DNA from: a virus
Lineage: Duplodnaviria; Caudoviricetes
Length of the DNA: 64,000 bases
Virus record (IMG/VR): IMGVR_UViG_3300046171_000271
Direction: 5' to 3' (one strand)
The notes beneath the pieces are model-generated. The model did no database searches and was not told where the DNA came from. It saw only the letters and a program-made list of their open reading frames with translations. Positions 54,608-63,976 of this stretch are shown here, piece after piece (within the stretch, counting starts at the first letter, position 1; every line of letters starts with the position of its first letter). The position numbers were made by a program, and so were the translations under genes.

Positions 54608-55490
54608 ATGAAAAACATTCATCTCCAACACCCCGAAGATTCTATTCTCTCGGGTGATCTTTCCGTTCTCGATTGGTTCCTGACTCCTTCACATCTTTCT
54701 GTAAAGATGGACGGATCACCAGCTATTGTGTGGGGTAAAAATCCTGCCACTGGTAATCATTTTGTCGGAACTAAATCTGTCTTCAATAAAGTTAAAATCA
54801 AGATCAATGAATCGCATGATGACATCGACAGGAATCATGAAGATGCAGTCGCTGAGATCCTTCATGCTTGCTTCGATTATCTTCCTTTCACGGATCACGT
54901 CATCCAAGGTGATTTTATTGGTTTCGGAGGGAGTGATACTTTCACTCCTAATACACTCACTTATGTCTTCGACGAGACTGTAACTGAAAATATCATCGTA
55001 GCACCTCATACTTTCTATGAATGTGAGAATGATCTGCGCGATGCTATTGCACATCCGATGGAGTATTTCAACATTCCAAGCACCGAGCATGTGAAAATGG
55101 TGCAACCAAAGTGTTGGGAAGTTGATGAAGATTTTGATGAAATTGTTGGTTTCGCTCGTCAGATGGCACAACTGGTGAAGTTTGTTGACGAGAAAGAAGC
55201 AGCTAAACTTAGAATCGAACTGAACAAATGTATCCGCAGAAGGTGTCGATGTGGTGCCAGATACATTCGACAATTCTATGCTGATTTCATTCTGGTTCTT
55301 GATCAAATCTATCAAGGATGATGTGTTGTTTATGTGTCGCAACAATGGTGCTAAAGCATACATTGGCAACAAACAATGTGAGGGTGAAGGTTATGTTCGC
55401 AGCAATGAGTTTGGCATCTATAAGTTAGTCAATCGCTATGAGTTTTCTCGCGCAAACTTCAACAATATGAAGGCATGGGGACAGTCCTGA
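54608..55490 (+). CDS. Conserved protein with ligase-like nucleotidyltransferase motifs (frameshift near 55240)
   Basis: HLQHPED, VKMDGSPA, QGDF, EGEGYV, YKLVNR. Confidence 0.65.
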
Positions 55491-55557
55491 TAGTGTCCAC
55501 AGAGGTGCCCAGAAGCGCCTGTAGCGTGTATTATTAAAGAGTCAAAGGGATTTCACC

Positions 55558-55920
55558 ATGACTACTGAATTTGCTGATTTCGTTGCAACTCAAGACGCTC
55601 GCAATCAAATTCAACTTAACATCAGAAAGTATTGCCTGATGTTGTGTGATTGCCTGCTGCAGGACATGCAAAGCAAGCATCCCAATTGTAATTATGATTT
55701 TTATATTAAAGAAGGTGGGCGAAAGTATCACAAAATTGTGATGAATACTGGTAATCAACGTTCTGTCCATGCTTTCGTTGATAAGAAGACTGGTGAAGTT
55801 TACAAGGCAGCATCATGGAAAGCACCTGCAAAGCACGTTCGTTTTAACTTGCTAGAGATCAATTCCCGTGAGGAATGTTTTGTTCGTGCAGATTGGGCAG
55901 GAGATTATCTCTACATGTGA
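55558..55920 (+). CDS. Conserved phage hypothetical protein
   Basis: KYHKIV, SVHAFVDKKTGEVYKAASWKAPAK. Confidence 0.7.
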   Translation: MTTEFADFVATQDARNQIQLNIRKYCLMLCDCLLQDMQSKHPNCNYDFYIKEGGRKYHKIVMNTGNQRSVHAFVDKKTGEVYKAASWKAPAKHVRFNLLEINSREECFVRADWAGDYLYM

Positions 55921-55993
55921 CAATGATCAAGGTGTCCACTGCATTGCCAGGGACACCTTTTTCGTGTAAACTGTTATCAACAACAAAGGTTCA

Positions 55994-57165
55994 ATGTTTT
56001 CCCTCCGTCCACATCAGCAGCGTGCATGTGAATCAATGCGGAAATATGAGAAGGGAACTGTCATCATCCCCGACAGGTGGTGGCAAGACGATGTGCATGA
56101 TTCAGGATACATTGACTGCGTTCGATGATAGTGTGAATCGCACAGTTGTTGTAGTTGCACCGCGTATTTTGTTGGCGGAGCAGTTATGTTCTGAGTTCTT
56201 AGAACATATCACAAACGTCAGTGTTCTTCATGTTCACTCAGGGGAGACACATTTCTTCAGCACAACTAAAACAAAGCAGATTAAGTTGTGGAGTAAGTAC
56301 ACTCGTGGGAGAAAACTTATCTTCACGACTTACAACAGTTTGCAGAAGATTGTTGATGCTGAGATTGACATTCACACCGCTTACTTTGACGAAGCACATA
56401 ACAGTGTGAAGCGTAACTTCTTCGCTCCGACAGAACAACTTAGTCAATCTAATTCACGGGCGTTCTTTTTCACTGCGACACCAAAGTACAGCAGCACAGT
56501 GTTCAAACCTGGCATGAATATGCCTGAGATTTATGGTAACACAATCTGCAATGTGCCTGCTCCTGAGTTAGTCGAAGGTGGATACATCTTGCCGCCCAAA
56601 GTTGTAGTGAAAGAGATGGAAATGGCAGAGAAAGGTTTGAACTATGATCGTGATGCAAATTATATGCTTCATGCGATCAATGATGAGAATGTTGATAAGA
56701 TCTTGATTGCTGCTCGTACTACCAAACAGATCATCGGGTTGGTATCACAAACTGATTTTTGTGTTCAGTTACAAGCAGCGTGGTTATTCTTGGATGATGA
56801 TCACATCGAAGACTGGTGCAATTATCGACGGTGAGAAGGTTGATCGTGAGACATTCTTCGAGACATTGAATACATGGGGCAAGACAAAAGGCAAGCGGTT
56901 TGTTGTCATTCACCATAGCATTTTGTCGAAGGTATCAATGTCAATGGATTGGAAGCAGTTCTTTTCATGCGAAACATGGACTACATTGGTATCAGTCAAA
57001 CTATCGGACGTGTTATCAGATTGGGTGACAAGTCTAAGCAGTTTGGTTTAGTTGTTGTCCCTGTATTTGACAAGGTTGGTATCACTACCAGTCGCAAAGT
57101 TCAAGCAGTTGTTGATACCGTATTTCAACAAGGTGAACCCGCCTATTTCTACCATCAAACGCTAA
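55994..57165 (+). CDS. SF2 (DExD/H, ResIII-like) helicase (frameshifted as read)
   Basis: LRPHQ, PTGGGKT, VVAPRILL, FTTYNS, DEAH, FTATP, Q.IGRVIR. Confidence 0.85.
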
Positions 57166-57169
57166 TCTC

Positions 57170-57697
57170 ATGCTTAATTTCAAAACTTTTGAACTGAATT
57201 GTTTAGCACATCTTATTCCAAATCTTGTGGAATATACTGACAACAACCTACGCTTTCCTAAAGCAGGAGAAATGATTGAAAAAGCGTATGAAGTTTATAG
57301 TAACGGACAACTGAAAAGAGTTAATTAACCTGGTGTTGATCTTATCACTCCCGATGGTGTAACTTATGAGTCAAAAGTAACACAATTCAGGAACAAATCT
57401 CAGATGGCAGTGAGAAGTTTAATTCTTAAGAATCGTAGAGCAGCAACACCTCATGAAGACAAATTAGCAGATTATTTTATCATCACTGACATTAAAAAGG
57501 GACAGCATGTTGTATTCCATCATCGAAACTTTTTAATTTCAAAGACAATGGTGCAACACTTACTGCAAGTGCTAATCCTACCTATCGATGACTTTTTCTT
57601 GACTGGATGTAAATCAAAAGATACAAGTTCTGATGATTATTTTGCAGAATCTGAACAATTTGATTATGAGTATATCAGAAGTTTTCGCAGTGCATGA
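57170..57697 (+). CDS. Putative PD-(D/E)XK nuclease, interrupted by in-frame TAA at 57326
   Basis: GEMIEKA..PGVDLITPDGVTYESK; halves are in the same frame. Confidence 0.45.
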
Positions 57698-57832
57698 TTA
57701 TGTTAGATTATGACATTGAAAAGTCTATCCTTGAGTTATCATTAAGGAAGACAAGTTTGCAGAAAGAAATAGAAGAAATTGATTTGCAGATTGCGTTCTT
57801 GATTGAACAGAAGGAGGAGCAAGAGAAAATGT

Positions 57833-57864
57833 AAACAATATGTGCCAAAAGTATTGGTGGCACA
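57833..57864 (+). repeat. 32-bp exact direct repeat, copy 1
   Basis: AAACAATATGTGCCAAAAGTATTGGTGGCACA, identical at 59024-59055. Confidence 0.9.
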
Positions 57865-57922
57865 AACATTTACCAAACACACTTATTTCCTGTATATTAA
57901 AAGAGTCAAAGGGATTCTTCCT

Positions 57923-58210
57923 ATGAACTACACTCTCCAACAACTGAAAGATCGAGTCAACACTCTCATCGAACAACAGGGAGAAACTGCATACTGTGCA
58001 GCATGGATTTACACTGCCGAAGATTGTGTTGTGTACGATGAAAATGATGAACCACAATATCCTGCTCATACAGATCAGGAGTTGAGTGAAAGAATCTTTA
58101 ATGATGTTGGGAACATTGATTACATCTATCAGGTGATTCAAGAATGTGTTGATGAGGTTGTAGAAGAGCAAGTTATGCTTCAACAACAAGAATTGGCGGA
58201 GGTTGAATGA
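57923..58210 (+). CDS. Hypothetical protein
   Basis: ORF downstream of promoter repeat. Confidence 0.6.
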   Translation: MNYTLQQLKDRVNTLIEQQGETAYCAAWIYTAEDCVVYDENDEPQYPAHTDQELSERIFNDVGNIDYIYQVIQECVDEVVEEQVMLQQQELAEVE

Positions 58211-58452
58211 ACACTCTCGCACAACTTCGCAAACTTTCTATCTACAAACCAATGCAAGAATCTAAGTTCAATCTCTACGGCGAACTTATCCGCCCTAATG
58301 GTTTTCAAAAGTATGACATTCTGAGTTACATTGCCGAGACAAGAGAGGAAGCAATCGCTACATGTAGGAAGAACAATCCTTACTTCAATATCATCACAAT
58401 TCAGGTAGATGATACTGTACCTGAAGTCGTCAAAGTTCAATCTATCGCCTAA
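58207..58452 (+). CDS. Hypothetical protein
   Basis: 81-aa ORF. Confidence 0.55.
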   Translation: MNTLAQLRKLSIYKPMQESKFNLYGELIRPNGFQKYDILSYIAETREEAIATCRKNNPYFNIITIQVDDTVPEVVKVQSIA

Positions 58453-58455
58453 CTG

Positions 58456-58653
58456 ATGCAAACAACGACTGCAACTTATCAGATTCAGGTAACAACTGAT
58501 GAAGGTTCGATGTCATTTTACAAGTCAATGCCCACCAAACCAAAGACATCGAAGGGGATCAAATCACAGAACAATAAATTATCAAAATGGGTAGAAAAAA
58601 CCTATCCTAATTTCATCTCTTACGAAATTATTCCCACTGACTTAATCTTCTGA
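58456..58653 (+). CDS. Hypothetical protein
   Basis: 65-aa ORF. Confidence 0.55.
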   Translation: MQTTTATYQIQVTTDEGSMSFYKSMPTKPKTSKGIKSQNNKLSKWVEKTYPNFISYEIIPTDLIF

Positions 58654-58814
58654 TGAAAGTAACTAAATCCACAAGAGCACCAAGAATGGGCAGGCAAATT
58701 GTCTGTCCTGAGTGTAACACAGTCGCAACAGTTTATCACTTTGCATGGAGTGGATTACAGTGTCAACATTGTGAACAAATGATTGATAAGTATGATTGGG
58801 GTGTAAAACAATGA
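58653..58814 (+). CDS. Small zinc-ribbon protein
   Basis: CPEC..CQHC, 53 aa (my translation). Confidence 0.6.
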   Translation: MKVTKSTRAPRMGRQIVCPECNTVATVYHFAWSGLQCQHCEQMIDKYDWGVKQ

Positions 58815-59023
58815 CAAATAATAATATCAAAGATGTCACAAATTCACCAAAAGATTGGGAAGATTTTTGGTACTCTCCTGAGAAGTTTGGTGTGTGGGCT
58901 TACTATGACTCAGAAAGTGAGGGACGAGAGTATAAGAAACCGGACAAGGTTAGTAGATATGTCGAGGACGTATTGAACGGAAGAAATATAATGTGCAAAC
59001 GTGAATCACCATTATCAGAGTGA
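58811..59023 (+). CDS. Hypothetical protein
   Basis: DVTNSPKDWEDFW. Confidence 0.5.
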   Translation: MTNNNIKDVTNSPKDWEDFWYSPEKFGVWAYYDSESEGREYKKPDKVSRYVEDVLNGRNIMCKRESPLSE

Positions 59024-59055
59024 AAACAATATGTGCCAAAAGTATTGGTGGCACA
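59024..59055 (+). repeat. 32-bp exact direct repeat, copy 2
   Basis: Identical to 57833-57864. Confidence 0.9.
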
Positions 59056-59115
59056 TAACATCACCAAACACGATCAAATCGTGTATTGTATACACAAGTC
59101 AAGGGATTCACCCAA

Positions 59116-59439
59116 ATGTCACTCTTCACACAAGGTTGGAAAGCGGAAACTACTTTCGGTGATGATGTTACTGCACATCACATGAACACCCGTTCAGTGT
59201 ATCGTTTCAAGGAGAATAGTGACTTCGCTATCACTCATTCTGCGCGATATGTTGGTGACGAGAGTGTTGATCAATTCGCACTAACTTTCACTGAGGTTAC
59301 TGCATACCATGACAGTGGAAATGTGTTATCTCAAGTCACAAAAACACTGGGAGTTTATGACACTTGGTTAGAGGCATTTTACCATGCCATTGATCTCATT
59401 CTTCAAAAGTCCGGTAAAATCACTGCACCTACATCATGA
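59116..59439 (+). CDS. Hypothetical protein
   Basis: ORF downstream of promoter repeat. Confidence 0.6.
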   Translation: MSLFTQGWKAETTFGDDVTAHHMNTRSVYRFKENSDFAITHSARYVGDESVDQFALTFTEVTAYHDSGNVLSQVTKTLGVYDTWLEAFYHAIDLILQKSGKITAPTS

Positions 59440-59615
59440 CTGCTTTTGTAACACCCAAGTCCAAAAAAGCAAAAAACAGATTCTCTAATCTGATGCAAAA
59501 TCAACCAGAATGTTTCATCGAGCAGGATAAAGGTGATCGGGTGTTTCTAACATCTGCCAATGGTAAAAATCACTTTTGGGTGTCACTTATTGATGATAAA
59601 GATTGGGAGCATTGA
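59436..59615 (+). CDS. Hypothetical protein (paralog of 47282-47476)
   Basis: VTPKSKKAKNRFSN..C....VFLTS.NGK..FW (my translation). Confidence 0.6.
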   Translation: MTAFVTPKSKKAKNRFSNLMQNQPECFIEQDKGDRVFLTSANGKNHFWVSLIDDKDWEH

Positions 59616-59770
59616 AATGTGATGATCAAAACTAAAAAGGAGTGGGCAAAATCCTACTCCTTGTTTTACACTTTTCTGCTGTTACTTTTCCTCTAAGATG
59701 TTATTTGTCTCTGGCGAATCACCATTCAAAAGTATCACCCATGATGTCTATGAGTTCTTTACATCACTGT

Positions 59771-60031
59771 ATGAAATCTGCATCTGATGTTGAAGTATTT
59801 CACACAGACTTGAGTGATGATAATGCCTTAGGATTTACAGAGGTTAATGGTGATGAACAGTTTGTTCAGATTCATAATGATCTGAGTGAGAAAGACTTTA
59901 CCATCACATTATTGCATGAACTTGTGCATGTGTTTCAGAATGAATGGGGTGTAAATGATGAGATTGAGAGAGAAGATGAAGCCTATAGATTGGAGGGGAT
60001 TCTATACAATAACTGGTGCATGACAAAATGA
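59771..60031 (+). CDS. HExxH protein (paralog of 46780-47244)
   Basis: TLLHELVHVFQ..EDEAY; start uncertain. Confidence 0.6.
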   Translation: MKSASDVEVFHTDLSDDNALGFTEVNGDEQFVQIHNDLSEKDFTITLLHELVHVFQNEWGVNDEIEREDEAYRLEGILYNNWCMTK

Positions 60032-60126
60032 TAAGAATATGTGTCACAAATACAAGTGGCACATAATATCACCAAACAGGATTAAAACCTGTATTGTATA
60101 AGAGTCAAAGAGATTCAATCAATCCG

Positions 60127-60369
60127 ATGAAATTCGCAACCATCAACTTCTGTATTTCCGGCAGCAACACTTCTCGTTGTCATCACACTTGTTCTGTCAC
60201 TGACATTATGGGGACAGCAATCCAGAATCTGATTGATACCAATGGACACAACACATTTAAGTTGAATGATGGCACAATCTTGAGCAATGTTGTTATCTGT
60301 TCAATGACAGATCGTCCCGTCGCAACTATGAACCACTTCGGATTTTTGACACGCTTGCTTGGTATCTGA
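60127..60369 (+). CDS. Hypothetical protein
   Basis: ORF downstream of palindrome promoter. Confidence 0.55.
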   Translation: MKFATINFCISGSNTSRCHHTCSVTDIMGTAIQNLIDTNGHNTFKLNDGTILSNVVICSMTDRPVATMNHFGFLTRLLGI

Positions 60370-61194
60370 TTCTGTTCCTTATCTAACACAAACTTCCTTT
60401 TCTTCATTATCATGCAAGTCACCAATTCTGCCACCATTGTTGATTATTTCCCTGAGGCATTTATTGCTGAAGCAGATGACACCAAAGGGATGAAAGTAAC
60501 AATCAAAAGGTTCATCAAACGAGTGTATTTCCGCGCTAATGGTATGAAATCGTATTCAGTGAGTTGTTGCAACTGATGCCAAGAATGAGTGGCAATCTCG
60601 TATCGCTAAGGGTGCAATAGTTACTGACTTCAATACAGACAAAATGGATCGTTCTGAGTACATGCCTATGAGTTGCTGATAACATTCACTCTGTTCATTC
60701 TTACCCTACGGGTATGTCTTTTCTCTCCAACTTTACCTACTCAAAACTAATGCAAACTACTGTCACCTTAAATGATACTCAATGGGATATAATCCTAGAA
60801 GCAGTAGAAGATTATGCTGTGTTGGTAAGTGAAGATGTATCAGATAAATGTGGTGAGATTCTAGACATTATAGAGGCAGAAAGAACCAATTAGACTAATA
60901 CCTAGGATGTTTATGTTTATGGGTAAAATGTAAGTAATTCTACTTATGTTTTACCCTAAAATGTATTAAAAAACGTTTTAAAATGCCTTTATAAATATAC
61001 CTCGCTATTTTATCTTATTGAGAGTTATTCTCTGGATACTACCCATTAATACCCTTTTAAATGTGCTGAGTCTTGTGATCTTGGCGTCCATTCTATCAGC
61101 AACTCCCAGAAAAGTCAACACCCCTCGATATAATTTTCCCAGCGTCAGTGTTTGCTAATTTCTGAGATTTGTGCCTATAAATATGTTCGGCGCG

Positions 61195-61223
61195 TTGACA
61201 ATAATACTCCGATAGATTAGACT
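61195..61223 (+). promoter_or_regulatory. Sigma70-type promoter
   Basis: TTGACA-N17-TAGACT. Confidence 0.6.
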
Positions 61224-61252
61224 CTAAAAGCATCACCAACTGGAGCAGATTC

Positions 61253-61429
61253 ATGTCGGTTTCTTACAACCAATCACAGAAGCAACGTTACAGAATCACC
61301 CTGGATATAGAGGTGTACGATGACTTCAATCCCCATCAAATTGACTTCGAGGAGTTATTTGGAATGGAAGGAACCGAGCGGGTTGTTGATAGTTACGTAG
61401 AGGATTTAAGTAACCCTATCAGTTGGTGA
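61253..61429 (+). CDS. Small acidic hypothetical protein
   Basis: 58 aa, SD GGAG (my translation). Confidence 0.55.
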   Translation: MSVSYNQSQKQRYRITLDIEVYDDFNPHQIDFEELFGMEGTERVVDSYVEDLSNPISW

Positions 61430-61592
61430 TTAACAGGCCTATCATATTTTGCGTGGAATGACAGTGTTATGTGCCAGTCTTATTTGCGGCACACGATATA
61501 AGCACGGGGGTGTAGATGCCTTATATTAGGTACATCGGAGGGGGATCACACTCAACCCTCCACTAACACTCTCCACCCACACTTTCTTTACC

Positions 61593-61943
61593 ATGCGTAA
61601 GATCGAAACCCAGATGATTTCCGCAATCAAAAATGGTATCGATTGGAAATCTGCAAACACTGAGGTAGTTTCTCAGCAGAATGGTGTCTCTATTGTTTAC
61701 CTCTACGGTTCTAAGATTGCTGAGATTGGTGATGATTATCTGACTCTGTTTGATGGTGGTGAACAGACCAAAACTACAAAGTCACGATTGAATGCAATTC
61801 TTGGTGAGTTTGGTTATACTTGCGGAACCAAACGTGAGTATGTTTTCCAGAAGCAATTTGAATGGTTTGTTAATTTCTTCAACATGAAATCTAATCAGAT
61901 TGAAGTTGTTCCTTTTGTTGATGGAATGGTTCTTGCTGCCTGA
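61593..61943 (+). CDS. Conserved phage hypothetical protein
   Basis: MRKIETQM..W.S.NT, TTKSRLNAIL, VFQKQFEWF. Confidence 0.7.
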   Translation: MRKIETQMISAIKNGIDWKSANTEVVSQQNGVSIVYLYGSKIAEIGDDYLTLFDGGEQTKTTKSRLNAILGEFGYTCGTKREYVFQKQFEWFVNFFNMKSNQIEVVPFVDGMVLAA

Positions 61944-61990
61944 AACTTACTGTTAGTTCGTTACACTTTCCACCTCACATTCTTTTCGTT

Positions 61991-62152
61991 ATGAACACCA
62001 CCAACACTTATAGTCTCTCTAACTTAACTGAAGAGCAGTTAGATGCTATCAGTTCCGCTCTAAAAGATTACGCGGATTATGGTGAAGAAGAGGCGACAAT
62101 CGCTGACGAGATTGATGCTAAAATCAACAGCATCTTTCGTATCACTGAGTGA
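61991..62152 (+). CDS. Small acidic hypothetical protein
   Basis: 53 aa (my translation). Confidence 0.5.
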   Translation: MNTTNTYSLSNLTEEQLDAISSALKDYADYGEEEATIADEIDAKINSIFRITE

Positions 62153-62211
62153 TATAAACCTAGGGTAATCGTTCGCCAGTTCTTTACACTCTCCACCTCA
62201 CAATCGTCACC

Positions 62212-62427
62212 ATGTATCAACTCCAACGTGTTCCGGGTAATGATTACGCAACCGATCTTATTAACGCACGAAAGTATTACGGAGAGATGCTAGATGCGTA
62301 TGCGAAAGTAGATTCTCCAGATGACGATTATCTGCTCAAACTATCAGAAACTGTTGGGGAGATTGAAACACTTTGGCAGCAGTATTTGAGAATGATTGAC
62401 AACAAGCGTCAAGGATGTGCGTGGTGA
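62212..62427 (+). CDS. Hypothetical protein
   Basis: 71-aa ORF. Confidence 0.55.
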   Translation: MYQLQRVPGNDYATDLINARKYYGEMLDAYAKVDSPDDDYLLKLSETVGEIETLWQQYLRMIDNKRQGCAW

Positions 62428-62505
62428 GTGTTGCTAACCGTGGGGACAGTAAGTGTTACATAGTCCCCACACCAGTTCTTTACACAACCAACGAAATGTG
62501 CTAAT

Positions 62506-62595
62506 CTATTACTAATTCAAACTCAATCGTCTATCTATTACTAATGCTTACTCCAGTTACTATTACTAACACACAGTGAGTTTCTATTAGTAATA
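62506..62595. repeat. TATTACTAA cluster: three direct copies and one inverted, in non-coding DNA
   Basis: CTATTACTAA at 62506, 62535, 62560; TTAGTAATA at 62587. Confidence 0.8.
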
Positions 62596-62760
62596 ACGAA
62601 AAAGTATGATTGCAGGATATTCGTGTTAGGCAGTTATTTTATTTGTGGTTAATTATAATAAGCGAAGCGATGCCCCCCGTTATAAAAACGCCTAACTACC
62701 CTAACCTACAGAGGTGACAAAACGCGAGAGTGATTTCGCTTTTATAAAAAAAATTTTCGG

Positions 62761-62902
62761 TATGAAAAAAACGCCCTATTGGAATTTTTGGAGAGTTGTA
62801 TTTGCAGGCTGGATGATCAGATATCCTGGAAAGTTTATGCGCCCCTTTGCATTTGTCGGAGGGTTTCTTATTGTGCTGATATATAATGCGCTTACAAATT
62901 AA
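62761..62902 (+). CDS. Small membrane protein
   Basis: MKKTPYWNFWRVVFAGWMIRYP..hydrophobic tail. Confidence 0.55.
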
Positions 62903-62937
62903 AAGTAAGCAAAAAAATTTTCGGAGGAAAAAATTGC

Positions 62938-63147
62938 ATGTCCAGGATTTATCACATTTATGCGAAAGGAGAGTGTTTATATCACAGTTTAAATGAGCAA
63001 CAGTTTCAAGATACATGGAAACAATTGCAAGGTATGGTAGGATTAATGAAGACAGAGTATAATGTAGAAGATCTCTCATATGAAACTGTGCAATTACTCA
63101 CAGAACATCGCGTGTACGGTGAACCGTCAGGAAGTGATTCCTATTGA
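62938..63147 (+). CDS. Conserved cyanophage hypothetical protein
   Basis: YHIYAKGECLYHSL. Confidence 0.65.
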   Translation: MSRIYHIYAKGECLYHSLNEQQFQDTWKQLQGMVGLMKTEYNVEDLSYETVQLLTEHRVYGEPSGSDSY

Positions 63148-63195
63148 CAACTACATATCACTGAACTATAATTGAACTGAAGTTAATTCCAACTC

Positions 63196-63976
63196 ATGGC
63201 AAAAGGATTTACTGTTAAGACTGTTCCACCGAAGAAAAAAGAATCTGATACCGGATGGGACATTGATGCGATTAAGCAACGTATGCAAGGTAAGAAGATT
63301 GTATTCTGTCTTCCTGGGCGCGGTTGCTCGTATGTATTTTTAAAGAACTTTGTACAACTTTGTTTTGATCTTGTACAAAATGGAATGAGTATTCAAATTA
63401 GTCAAGATTACTCATCAATGGTTAATTTTGCACGATGCAAATGTCTTGGTGCAAATGTATTGCGCGGCCCTGATCAATTACCTTGGGACGGGAAGCTCGA
63501 ATATGATTATCAACTATGGATTGATAGTGATATTGTATTCACTACTGAAAAGTTTTGGCAACTATGTGACTTAGCAATTAATGCTGAGGGCGAAGAGAAA
63601 GCAAATTGTTGCTGGATGGTATTCCACAGAAGATGGACAGACTACTTCCGTTGCACACTGGTTGGAAGAAGATGACTTCCGTAAGAACGGTGGTGTGATG
63701 AATCATGAAACCATTGAATCTATTTCCAAGCGTAAGAAACCATTTACTGTTGACTACACAGGTTTTGGATGGGTAATGATTCAGAATGGTGTCTTCGAGA
63801 ATGAAGAGATGAAGTATCCATGGTTTGCTCCTAAGATGCAAATCTTTGAAAGTGGTGCAGTTCAGGACATGTGTGGCGAAGATGTGTCATTCTGTCTGGA
63901 TGCTATTGAAGCAGGATATGAGATCTGGTGTGATCCTCGTATTCGTGTAGGCCACGAAAAAACTCGCGTTATTTGA
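63196..63976 (+). CDS. GT-A glycosyltransferase-like protein (frameshift near 63600)
   Basis: FCLPGR, LWIDSD.VF (DxD), VDYTGFGWV, GEDVSFC, RVGH. Confidence 0.75.

Noticed and set aside
57833-60077. Spaced ~32-bp repeats as a CRISPR array
   Set aside because: Spacing is about 1 kb with whole genes in between, and the repeats carry promoter architecture
62440-62470. GGGGAC..GTCCCC as another copy of the N12 early-promoter palindrome
   Set aside because: Spacer is 15 nt and no -10 box sits at the conserved distance; kept only as part of the non-coding island
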